Below, piece by piece: positions 50,571 to 59,638 of a DNA stretch of 64,000 bases. The position numbers were made by a program, and so were the translations under genes. The notes under the pieces were generated by a model that was not told where the DNA came from, searched no databases, and saw nothing but the letters and a program-made list of their open reading frames with translations. Source of the stretch: an uncultured Erysipelotrichaceae bacterium (GTDB lineage Bacteria > Bacillota_I > Bacilli_A > RF39 > UBA660); assembly GCA_902775285.1 (NCBI GenBank), contig CACYLI010000002.1, positions 82,756-146,755 of the forward strand, read 5' to 3'. Each line of letters begins with the position of its first letter. Position 1 is the stretch's first letter.

Positions 50571-51819
50571 TCTTTATTATCTCCTTTAATACTCGTTTAC
50601 TTGAATCTTTATCATCTAAATAATTAAATCTTTTATTAAATAATTCATATTTTGTTTTATATTTTTTCCAATAATTATTAATATTTTTTATTTCTTTATA
50701 CAAATCTTCTTCACTCTCTACTATTGGACCAGGAAGTTCATCTAAATCAATATAAAAATCTCTTGCATTATTCTTATAATCCTCTAAATCATACATATAA
50801 AATAACATAGGTCTTTTTAAATTAGCATAATCAAAGAATACACTTGAATAGTCAGTTATTATCATATCAGCAAGTATATATAAATCATTAATATCACTAT
50901 AATCTGATACATTATATATGAATCCTTCATATTTACTTAAATCAATTATTTCAGCTACTAAATAATGTGTTCTAAATAATACAATATACTCTTTACCAAA
51001 TAATTTTTTAAATCTATCAAAATCAAGAGCAAGATTATAACTATAACCAGTACCCACTTTATATTGATCATCTCTCCATGTAGGTGCATATAATATTATT
51101 TTCTTATCTTCTGGTATATTTAACTCTTCTTTTAATTTTTTAACATATTTTTGATCATAAGAAAACAATATATCATTTCTAGGATACCCTGTTTCTAAAA
51201 TACAATTATCTTTTCCAATTTTCTTTAAATTAAATGCACTAATATACTTTTCTGTAACAAATCTTGATGGTGAAACCATATATTTATACCTTTTAGCATC
51301 ATATTCATAAAGACGAGTCCATTCTTTTACAGTATGAATTGCATTTTTTCCTTTAACTTCAATATCAAAACCTAGTCTTTTTAAAGGAGTTCCATGCCAA
51401 CATTGAACATAATTTTGATTTTGTTTTGGAACTATATAATCTGGAAGTCTAGATGGTGTAAACCAATACTTAGCACTAGCATAAGCTTTTTTATATTCAT
51501 CACTATCATATTTAACAACTTTAGTATTTTTATTATTTTCAAGAAATTTAAATTTTTCTGGGTCTTTAAATGCCCATATAAATTTAAAATCTTTATATTC
51601 TTTATTATTTAACATTTCTAAATAAATATACTTTGGACTATCACAATATTTTCTACCATTAAAAGCCTCAAATACACATAATTTATCATCAACTTTATAC
51701 TTTCTATAAAATTTCATATAATTAGCTTTTAATAATTTTGTTCTAGTACTAGTAGCTAGTTCTCTTAACAAAACACTTTTTCTGATAACATCAACTGTAT
51801 ATTGTCTCACTTTATTCAT
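50563..51819 (-). CDS. tagF: CDP-glycerol glycerophosphotransferase (TagF/TagB family)
   Basis: CWHGTPLKRLGFD Glyphos_transf motif. Confidence 0.8.
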   Translation of the reverse strand: MNKVRQYTVDVIRKSVLLRELATSTRTKLLKANYMKFYRKYKVDDKLCVFEAFNGRKYCDSPKYIYLEMLNNKEYKDFKFIWAFKDPEKFKFLENNKNTKVVKYDSDEYKKAYASAKYWFTPSRLPDYIVPKQNQNYVQCWHGTPLKRLGFDIEVKGKNAIHTVKEWTRLYEYDAKRYKYMVSPSRFVTEKYISAFNLKKIGKDNCILETGYPRNDILFSYDQKYVKKLKEELNIPEDKKIILYAPTWRDDQYKVGTGYSYNLALDFDRFKKLFGKEYIVLFRTHYLVAEIIDLSKYEGFIYNVSDYSDINDLYILADMIITDYSSVFFDYANLKRPMLFYMYDLEDYKNNARDFYIDLDELPGPIVESEEDLYKEIKNINNYWKKYKTKYELFNKRFNYLDDKDSSKRVLKEIIKND

Positions 51820-51820
51820 A

Positions 51821-52942
51821 TTATTCCTCCATACATTTAAATATTAAATCTACTATTTTCTGAGTACTACTTCCATCTTGAACATCTATATATTTATTTT
51901 TATATTTATATAACACTTCCATATCATATTTATCTTTATCTAAAAAGCTACATAAATCATGGGCATCTTTAAATACACAGCCTTTCATTTCTTTATATAA
52001 ATCTATATTAATACCATTGTTTTTTTGATATTTTTCATAATCAAATACATAGTAAAGTGTTTTCTTATTAATAATAGCTGCTTCTATTGCAATACCACTA
52101 TAATCAGTGATTACATAATCACTTACACAAAGTAAATCTAATGCACTATATTTTTCACAAGATAATACTTGATCATTTGTTTTTAAATCTTGTCTTGCAT
52201 GTGATTTTACAATTAAATTATATTTATTAAAATCAATATTTTTAATTAATTCAATTGTTTTATCATCATTAGTAGTTCTAAAAGTTGGTGCATATAAAAC
52301 ATTTTTCTTCTTATTTAAAATTGGATAATCTTTTAATATTTTATTTTTTAATTTTTTCTCATTTTTAAGTAAATAATCCATTCTAGGTAATCCATAATTT
52401 AAAAAATATTTTTCACTATATCCGAAAGCTTCACTAAAATACTTTGTCATTTCTTTGCTTCCAGAAATAATATAATCATAATTACCATGCATATTTAGTA
52501 TTTTAGCTTCTTTAATATCTCTACCACTAGTATTACCTACTGATTGATATGCAAATTTCTTAATTGCACCCATAGAATGCCATATTTGAATTATTTTTAA
52601 ACTTTTTTTATGGTGTACTACAGATATAGCAGGAACAAAAGAATCAGTTACACATACTTTAGCATTAGCTAAATTACATAAACAACTTAAAGTATATTTA
52701 ATATTACCAAAAAAATCTTCTGTTATAGAAGTCACTCTCTTGCATAAAAATACACACTTAATATTTTTGTTTTCTTCTTTTAGTTTTTCTTCTAAAAGTT
52801 TAATATCAAGTGTTTTTTTAGAATCTAATCTACTAATGAACACAACTTTATTATTATCAACTTTTTTAAATTTCATAAAAAAGTAAATAAATCTACATCC
52901 ATATTTTATTAAATAATTTATTACTGCCATTAAATCCTCCAT
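51821..52942 (-). CDS. tagB: CDP-glycerol glycerophosphotransferase (TagB-like)
   Basis: IWHSMGAIKKF motif; 373 aa. Confidence 0.7.
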   Translation of the reverse strand: MEDLMAVINYLIKYGCRFIYFFMKFKKVDNNKVVFISRLDSKKTLDIKLLEEKLKEENKNIKCVFLCKRVTSITEDFFGNIKYTLSCLCNLANAKVCVTDSFVPAISVVHHKKSLKIIQIWHSMGAIKKFAYQSVGNTSGRDIKEAKILNMHGNYDYIISGSKEMTKYFSEAFGYSEKYFLNYGLPRMDYLLKNEKKLKNKILKDYPILNKKKNVLYAPTFRTTNDDKTIELIKNIDFNKYNLIVKSHARQDLKTNDQVLSCEKYSALDLLCVSDYVITDYSGIAIEAAIINKKTLYYVFDYEKYQKNNGINIDLYKEMKGCVFKDAHDLCSFLDKDKYDMEVLYKYKNKYIDVQDGSSTQKIVDLIFKCMEE

Positions 52943-53007
52943 GTAAGGTTTATATTTTCATTTTAATATATTTTACTTTTTATATCAAGTTTTATGCATA
53001 AATGACA

Positions 53008-53976
53008 TCACTTTTCAATTAAAAATTTTAATATTTCTTCTTTTTCTTTTTTATGTGTAATTATATTATAAATTAAGTTAATAATTGGCATTTTAACATT
53101 CTTTTTCTTAACAAGTTTATGAATAGATTTTAAAGTATACATTCCTTCTACTGTAGTATTATTTAAATAATGATTTATTTCCTCTTCACTAGCACCTTTT
53201 CCTATTAAATAACCAAAACTAAAATTTCTTGAAGTTTTTGAAGTACAAGTCATTAAAATATCTCCAAATCCTGCAAATGAAAGAATTGTTTTCTTCTTTC
53301 CTCCTAAAGCATGAATTAATTCTTTTATATCATTTAAACTTTCAGTTAAGAATAATGCTCTTGTAGAATCAGTTACTCCCATACCTTCAAGTATACCTGA
53401 TGCAATAGCCATAACATTTTTAACACTAGCACATATTTCTACACCAACTATATCTTTACTTCTTCTAAACTTAGTTGTATCATTTTCAAAACAACATCTA
53501 ACTATTTTTTCTAAAGAGTTATACTTTGTAGCAAGACTTAATCCAACAGGTGAATCTTTAACAATATCATCTGCAAAAGTTGGTCCTGAAATAATAGCTA
53601 TTTTATTAGTACAATATTTTTTAAAAACATCATGTAAAAACAAACAAGTATCTTGTTGTATACCCTTAGTAGCAATTAAAATAGGAGTACTCTTTTTCAG
53701 ATTATCTTTTATTTTAATAACTGTTTCTTCAAATGCATAAGCAGGTACTGCAAAAACAATTAAGTCTTTTCCATTAATGCATTCAAATAAATCACTTGTA
53801 AAATTTATACTATCTGGTATTTTATAGTTTTTTAAACGTGAAGATACTCTTGTTTTTTCTAATATTTCTTTTTCTTCTTCTCTTCTAGCCCATAAGCAAA
53901 CATTATTATTATTCTTGGCTGCTATACTAGCTAAAGCAATACCATATGCTCCACTACCTAAAATACCAATATTCAT
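53008..53976 (-). CDS. gpsA: NAD(P)H-dependent glycerol-3-phosphate dehydrogenase
   Basis: MNIGILGSGAYG Rossmann N-terminus; GpsA length. Confidence 0.85.
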   Translation of the reverse strand: MNIGILGSGAYGIALASIAAKNNNNVCLWARREEEKEILEKTRVSSRLKNYKIPDSINFTSDLFECINGKDLIVFAVPAYAFEETVIKIKDNLKKSTPILIATKGIQQDTCLFLHDVFKKYCTNKIAIISGPTFADDIVKDSPVGLSLATKYNSLEKIVRCCFENDTTKFRRSKDIVGVEICASVKNVMAIASGILEGMGVTDSTRALFLTESLNDIKELIHALGGKKKTILSFAGFGDILMTCTSKTSRNFSFGYLIGKGASEEEINHYLNNTTVEGMYTLKSIHKLVKKKNVKMPIINLIYNIITHKKEKEEILKFLIEK

Positions 53977-54046
53977 AAATTCACATCCTATATAAAAATT
54001 TTAATATAAAAAATTATTTATATCAATACAAATTAAAAAAGTTGAA

Positions 54047-55105
54047 TTATTCAACTTTCTTTTTATCAAAAATTATATTCGTCTTAAGTATTAAATATAA
54101 AACAATAAATACTAATATTACATAGCAAACAATAACTGTTTTCTTATCTCCTAAAACATAAAATATAGTTGTTGCTGAGAATAAAATGTTAATAGCATAA
54201 ATAATTAATAAAGTACTTGTTTTATTAAATTTCTTTAAAAATTGATGATGTATATGTTCTTTATCAGCATGATCTATTTTTTGCCCTTTAAGTTTTCTTC
54301 TGATTATTGCAAATAAAGTATCCATAATTGGAATAGCAAGTAAAAATGCGGGAATGATTAGTGAAGTCAAAGTTGTTGTTTTAAATCCAAGTAAGAAAAT
54401 TACAGAAATCATAAAACCTGAAAAAGTACTTCCAGCATCTCCTTGATATATTCTAGCTGGTGGAAAATTATGAACTAAATAACCAAGAGTACTACCTAAC
54501 ATAATTAAACTAAGTATTACATCAAGTCCTCCAAATTTGTTTAATATAAATCCTATAATTGCTATCGTTAAAAAATATATTGAAGAAATACCTGCACAAA
54601 GACCATCTAAACCATCTATTAAATTAATAGCATTAATTATTGCTACTATTATTAGCATTGTTAAGAATGGAGACAAAACTCCAAAATTTAAAGTTAAACC
54701 AAATAATGTTGCTTTAGTAAGTTTAAGTCCTCCATAAAATACTACAATTGATGCGACAACTATCTGTACAATTACTTTATATTTATTTGGCATTGGTGTT
54801 TCACTCTTTGTCATATCATCAAATAATCCCAAAAGCATTATCAAAAATGATGAAATCAAAATAGAAAGCATCAAATTATTCTTAGGAGCAAATAACATAT
54901 ATCCAAGTAAAAATGCTAAAAATATTCCAATTCCTCCAAGTAATGGCATAGGTTTTGTATGTATCTTTCTTTTGTCATTAGGAATATCTAATACTTTTAA
55001 AAATACAGCTACTCTCTTCATCATCTCAACAAACATTAAAGAAGCTAAAAAAGTAACACCTACTATTAAGAATATATTATGTCCATTTATCTCAAAATGT
55101 TCCAT
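54047..55105 (-). CDS. tagO: undecaprenyl-phosphate N-acetylglucosamine-1-phosphate transferase (GT4 MraY/WecA family)
   Basis: Polytopic; DGLDGL motif; NFPPARIYQGDAGS. Confidence 0.85.
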   Translation of the reverse strand: MEHFEINGHNIFLIVGVTFLASLMFVEMMKRVAVFLKVLDIPNDKRKIHTKPMPLLGGIGIFLAFLLGYMLFAPKNNLMLSILISSFLIMLLGLFDDMTKSETPMPNKYKVIVQIVVASIVVFYGGLKLTKATLFGLTLNFGVLSPFLTMLIIVAIINAINLIDGLDGLCAGISSIYFLTIAIIGFILNKFGGLDVILSLIMLGSTLGYLVHNFPPARIYQGDAGSTFSGFMISVIFLLGFKTTTLTSLIIPAFLLAIPIMDTLFAIIRRKLKGQKIDHADKEHIHHQFLKKFNKTSTLLIIYAINILFSATTIFYVLGDKKTVIVCYVILVFIVLYLILKTNIIFDKKKVE

Positions 55106-55191
55106 AGAATCACTTCCTTAAAGATATTATAAAACAATATTATTAAAATATCTATAAATTTTTTATGAAAGAAAAACCTGTATAAAACAGG

Positions 55192-57186
55192 TTACATTTT
55201 CTTTTTAGTTTTTTCTAATCTTTGAACCAATAAAACTAAATTATCTCTTGTTAATTTTTCATTTCCTCTATAATTTCTAATTGAATCACCTATTCTTAAT
55301 CCATAAAAATATTCATCACTAATTTCAGGAAAATCATCTCTATTGAATCTATCTCCATTTTCTTTAACAAATCTCATATTTTCAATTGGATAAAGATTGT
55401 TTCTACCGCGTGATGTTAACAAACCATTAGCAAAAACATTAATATGGTTTTTAGTAATTATATTACATACATCTACTTCTTCATATACTATTTTACTGTC
55501 AATTAACGAAATAACTTCACCTTTACTATTTATTGTAGTTGTTCCAATTTTCATCTTTGAGCAAGATATAAAGCTATTATCATCACAACTAAATATTCTA
55601 TGGTCACCAATTACTTTTAATGTGCTTCCATCACTAAATGTCAATAAAAGATAATTTGATGATTTTTCTTCTTTCATAATCCACAACACTTCAGCCCAAA
55701 CGTAACATCCTTTATCAAAATCCCATGATAATACTAAATCATCATATGTTATATCTTTAAGTTTTTTCTTAACTTTTTTCTTCTTCTTTCTATCGTATAC
55801 ATCAATTTCCATATCTCCACTTAAGCAAGTAACAAATGTAGCGTGAGAATAGCATCCATTACTACTATCTTTTACTAAATCACTTATATAAACATCTTGA
55901 TAACTTAATTTATGCTGATTTAAACAATATATAGAATTATTTCCATTATTACAATCTGAAGAAGGTTTGTCATAAATGTAAAACTTTTCTTTTGTATTAT
56001 AATTACTATTGTTTTTAAAGCATTCCCCTGCTGTTTGATAATTCTTACAAGTTACATTACTAGTAACACCTTTCACATTAATATATGATAATGTTGAAAA
56101 ATAGCAAACATTTACATCTTCAATTTTAGTCCATTGAATATTAAGTGTATTTTCAGAACAATTATTACAAATCGATACACCAGACACATAATAATCTGAC
56201 ACAGAATTGTTTAATGTATCTATATAGGTTTGAAATGTATTATTATCTACCCAAGGTCCTGTAAATGATTCATTAACAGAAAAAGAATCTGCATAAAAGA
56301 ATTCATTTTCTACCAAACCACAATTTCTAATATCATCCGACATTTCAGCTCTAATAACTGCTCTGTTATATCCAAAACCAGCATTCAAATATGTAGTCTT
56401 TCTATAATCTGTATCTAAGTATTTATTCTTTGTTAAATCATATCTATGTTCTGCTAAATCAGATTTTTTTAATTCAAATTTTAAATCATGATTTCCTTGA
56501 TAAATCCAATAAATTCTGTAATAAGATGAATCTGTAAAACAATTGGATTTTGCTAGATTAACTCTAATAGCTAGTTGTCTATTATTCCCAGAATTTAATA
56601 AGTCTGTAGTATGAATTGTATAAGCATCATATTTATATCCATCATCTATTCCATTTATATAAACTGATTTTACATCTCCTGATGTAGAAAAACTTCCTCT
56701 ATCAGTAACTAATTTATACTTAATAGTTGGTTTTCCAATATATGGACCATTTCCATCTATTTTAACTTTTTCATCTTCATCCAATTCAGAAACTCTTTGT
56801 ATATCAGTTATATTTTCTATTTTTAGTCCAGTACCATCATAACTGTATTGAAATGTTCCATCTGTTGCATAATACTTAGTAATTTTACCACTTTGATTTA
56901 ATTTAATATAGTATTCTAGTTCACTTCTACCGGTTAAATCAAGACTATTAGTACATCCATTTTTGCATCTTGAATATATTCTTTCACCACTATTAAACAT
57001 AGAATCTTGAATCCATGTTTGTTCGGCTGTTTTAAATACTTCTTTGACTTCTGTTGTAAAACTATTTTCTTTTGCAGTATTAAACATATTCATAACATTT
57101 GGTAGTGCTATTATTACTAAAATTGCAAGTATAGCTATTACTGCAAGTAACTCAACTAATGTAAATCCTTTTTTCATATATATCAC
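55192..57186 (-). CDS. type IV prepilin-like protein with a large Cys-rich ectodomain and a C-terminal Hint (BIL/hedgehog-intein-like) domain
   Basis: N-terminus MKKGFTLVELLAVIAILAIL is a class III prepilin signal (G-1, F+1, E+5). Residues about 454-592 carry Hint blocks: CLSGDMEIDV (A), TLKVIGDHRIF (B), NHINVFANGLLTS (F/G). A 72-aa tail follows. Confidence 0.65.
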   Translation of the reverse strand: MIYMKKGFTLVELLAVIAILAILVIIALPNVMNMFNTAKENSFTTEVKEVFKTAEQTWIQDSMFNSGERIYSRCKNGCTNSLDLTGRSELEYYIKLNQSGKITKYYATDGTFQYSYDGTGLKIENITDIQRVSELDEDEKVKIDGNGPYIGKPTIKYKLVTDRGSFSTSGDVKSVYINGIDDGYKYDAYTIHTTDLLNSGNNRQLAIRVNLAKSNCFTDSSYYRIYWIYQGNHDLKFELKKSDLAEHRYDLTKNKYLDTDYRKTTYLNAGFGYNRAVIRAEMSDDIRNCGLVENEFFYADSFSVNESFTGPWVDNNTFQTYIDTLNNSVSDYYVSGVSICNNCSENTLNIQWTKIEDVNVCYFSTLSYINVKGVTSNVTCKNYQTAGECFKNNSNYNTKEKFYIYDKPSSDCNNGNNSIYCLNQHKLSYQDVYISDLVKDSSNGCYSHATFVTCLSGDMEIDVYDRKKKKKVKKKLKDITYDDLVLSWDFDKGCYVWAEVLWIMKEEKSSNYLLLTFSDGSTLKVIGDHRIFSCDDNSFISCSKMKIGTTTINSKGEVISLIDSKIVYEEVDVCNIITKNHINVFANGLLTSRGRNNLYPIENMRFVKENGDRFNRDDFPEISDEYFYGLRIGDSIRNYRGNEKLTRDNLVLLVQRLEKTKKKM
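55411..55827 (-). other. Hint domain coding segment within the pilin-like gene
   Basis: The Cys1 codon is at 55825-55827. The terminal HN of canonical inteins is replaced by TS, so only N-terminal thioester chemistry is expected. Confidence 0.55.
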
Positions 57187-57312
57187 CTATTCTATAAATC
57201 CATTATATATAAATTTAACAGATTATACAATTATAACAATTGTTTTTTTTAAAAAAACAATATGTAAACCATGTAAAATTATAGATTATATAATGAAAAA
57301 TATGTAATATTT

Positions 57313-57321
57313 TGTTATAAT
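57313..57321 (+). promoter_or_regulatory. extended -10 promoter (TGtTATAAT) for the SH3b-dockerin gene
   Basis: TGnTATAAT about 35 nt upstream of a strong RBS (GGGAGGAAAG) and the ATG at 57357. Confidence 0.4.
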
Positions 57322-57356
57322 AAAATAGATAAAATGACAATGGGAGGAAAGAAGAT

Positions 57357-59630
57357 ATGAAAAAATTAACTTTTTTAATTATTTTTTTAACTATTCTATT
57401 CTTTTTAATCCCACTAAAAATTAATGCTAGTTATGATGCAATTATAAGTGGTAATACAGTTAGAATTCGTTTGCTTCCAGGTACAGAAAATACTGCTTTA
57501 TATACAGTTAATTCAGGTACATCAATTACCTTACCTGATAAAACTTTATATTCAGGTACTGGATGCAGTGCTAAATGGTATAAAGTTAATTATAAAGATA
57601 AAACTGGTTATGTATGCTCTACTTATGTAAAATTTGTTGATAATACTTTTACTGGAATAAATGTTGTTGATTGGACTTCAAGAGTAAATGCTAATAATGT
57701 TGCTTGTAGAAGTGGTGCTAATAAATCATATAGTGTACAAGATACTCTATCTTTAGGGGTAAATGTTAGAATTATTTCTACAGTTGATTCTTCTAACTCA
57801 GGATGTTCAACTGATAAATGGCATAAAATTCAATATTATGGAAATAAAACTGGTTATATTTGTTCTCAATATGTAACAACTAAATCAGATATAATAGCAA
57901 ATGATGAAGAATATTCAAAATCTCTTAAAGCTCTTGGATTTACTGATTCTTATATTCCATATCTAACATATCTACATAATAAATATCCTAATTGGGTTTT
58001 TATAGCTAAAAAAACAGATTCAAATTTTTCAGTAGCGGTAAGTAGCGAAGAAGGAAAAAATTATATGCAAACAACAAATAATAATTATCGTACTTCTTCT
58101 ACTCCTGCTGAAGGTAGTTCATGGTTTAAAGCTAATACTGGAGTAATAGCATTTTATATGGATCCTAGAAACTTTTTAAGTGAAGAAAGAATATTCATGT
58201 TTGAAAAATTAGATTATTCTAATGAATTTGAAGAAAAATATCCATCTATGATTAAAGCTATTTTTGGAAATGGAAAACTATCAGATGACATGTATACAGT
58301 TCCAATCTTTAATGCAGGAAAAATAAATAAAATAAGTCCTGTTCATATAGCAAGTAGAATTAAACAAGAAGTAACTGCTAATGGAAGTGATTCTACAAAT
58401 GGAACAGAATTTACATTTAAAGGAAAAAAATATAGTGATTATTATAATTTCTTTAATATCGGAGCTTATGAAGAAACAATAGACGGAGTTAAATACTCTG
58501 CTATCACAAGAGGTCTTGCATATGCAGCTAAATTAGTAAGAAATACTGGAAGTTTATGGAATAACATTGAAACTGCTATAGTTGAAGGAAGTAATTTCCT
58601 AGCAAATGGATATGTAAATAATGGACAAGGAACACTTTATTATCAAAAATTCAATGTATCTCCTGATGCTTATTATTCAAGATATACTCATCAATATATG
58701 ACAAATGTTCAAGCACCTGCAACTGAAGGTAATTCAACTTATAATTCTTATAAAAAAGCTGGTATTTTATCTGAACCTTTAATATTTGAAATACCAGTTT
58801 ATAACAATATGCCATTATACACTTCTCTACCTGCTTCAGGTGATAATAATACAAATTTAAAATCACTAAATATTGAAGGATACTCACTTACTCCTAATTT
58901 TGATAGTGATATATTAACTTATGAATCTTATGTTTCTTCAATTACTAATGAATTAAATGTAACTGCTACTACGGAAAGTTCAAAAGCTAGTATTAGTGGT
59001 ACTGGAAAAATATCTTTAAATGAAGAAGATAATGATATTACAATAACTGTAACTGCACAGACAGGTGAAACTAAAAACTATGTTATAACAATTAAAAAAG
59101 TAACAGATAATACAGTTAGTGAAAAACCTATAATTAATAATCAAAATGAAAATAATACAGATACAAATCCTACTAATAATAACACTAATAATACAACTGC
59201 TACAAATATTTCAACTATTCTTAATAATGCAGCTCTAACTATAAATGGTAGTAATATTACAAATATAAAATATAATACTTCTGCTTCTATAATTCAAAAT
59301 AATATTATTAGATCAGGAGCTCAAAGTATTAATATAACAGATTCAAAAGGAACAAATATTTCTGGAAGTACTTATATATCTACTGGTAGTAAATTAACTA
59401 TTAATACAACTAATGAAACTAATACTTATACTTTTATTATTAAAGGTGATACTTCTGGTGATGGACAAATTTCAATACTAGATTTATTACAAGTTCAAAA
59501 ACATATTAAAGGAGATAAAAAATTATCAAATGAATATTTATTATCTGCTGATACTTCAGGAGATGGTAAAGTTACAATATTAGATTTATTACAAGTTCAA
59601 AAGCATATTAAAGGAGACAAAAAATTATAG
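57357..59630 (+). CDS. secreted SH3b-domain cell-wall-associated protein with a cadherin-like beta-sandwich domain and a C-terminal type I dockerin
   Basis: Signal peptide; two SH3b-like repeats (…AKWYKVNYKDKTGYVCSTYV… and …DKWHKIQYYGNKTGYICSQYV…); cadherin-like domain (NLKSLNIEGYSLTPNFDS…ITIKK); two dockerin calcium-binding segments (GDTSGDGQISILDLL and ADTSGDGKVTILDLL). Confidence 0.7.
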   Translation: MKKLTFLIIFLTILFFLIPLKINASYDAIISGNTVRIRLLPGTENTALYTVNSGTSITLPDKTLYSGTGCSAKWYKVNYKDKTGYVCSTYVKFVDNTFTGINVVDWTSRVNANNVACRSGANKSYSVQDTLSLGVNVRIISTVDSSNSGCSTDKWHKIQYYGNKTGYICSQYVTTKSDIIANDEEYSKSLKALGFTDSYIPYLTYLHNKYPNWVFIAKKTDSNFSVAVSSEEGKNYMQTTNNNYRTSSTPAEGSSWFKANTGVIAFYMDPRNFLSEERIFMFEKLDYSNEFEEKYPSMIKAIFGNGKLSDDMYTVPIFNAGKINKISPVHIASRIKQEVTANGSDSTNGTEFTFKGKKYSDYYNFFNIGAYEETIDGVKYSAITRGLAYAAKLVRNTGSLWNNIETAIVEGSNFLANGYVNNGQGTLYYQKFNVSPDAYYSRYTHQYMTNVQAPATEGNSTYNSYKKAGILSEPLIFEIPVYNNMPLYTSLPASGDNNTNLKSLNIEGYSLTPNFDSDILTYESYVSSITNELNVTATTESSKASISGTGKISLNEEDNDITITVTAQTGETKNYVITIKKVTDNTVSEKPIINNQNENNTDTNPTNNNTNNTTATNISTILNNAALTINGSNITNIKYNTSASIIQNNIIRSGAQSINITDSKGTNISGSTYISTGSKLTINTTNETNTYTFIIKGDTSGDGQISILDLLQVQKHIKGDKKLSNEYLLSADTSGDGKVTILDLLQVQKHIKGDKKL
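59433..59627 (+). repeat. dockerin duplicated-segment coding region (two near-identical stretches of about 55 nt)
   Basis: The nucleotide-level repeats at about 59470-59530 and 59575-59630 both encode ILDLLQVQKHIKGDKKL. Confidence 0.6.
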
Positions 59631-59638
59631 GAGTAAAT

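Noticed and set aside
55411-55827. True (splicing) intein inside the pilin-like gene
   Set aside because: The Hint domain lies near the C-terminus rather than interrupting a conserved host protein. The terminal His-Asn plus downstream Cys/Ser/Thr nucleophile is replaced by Thr-Ser-Arg, and there is no homing endonuclease insert. A BIL/Hog-type Hint domain that cleaves at its N-terminus is the better fit.
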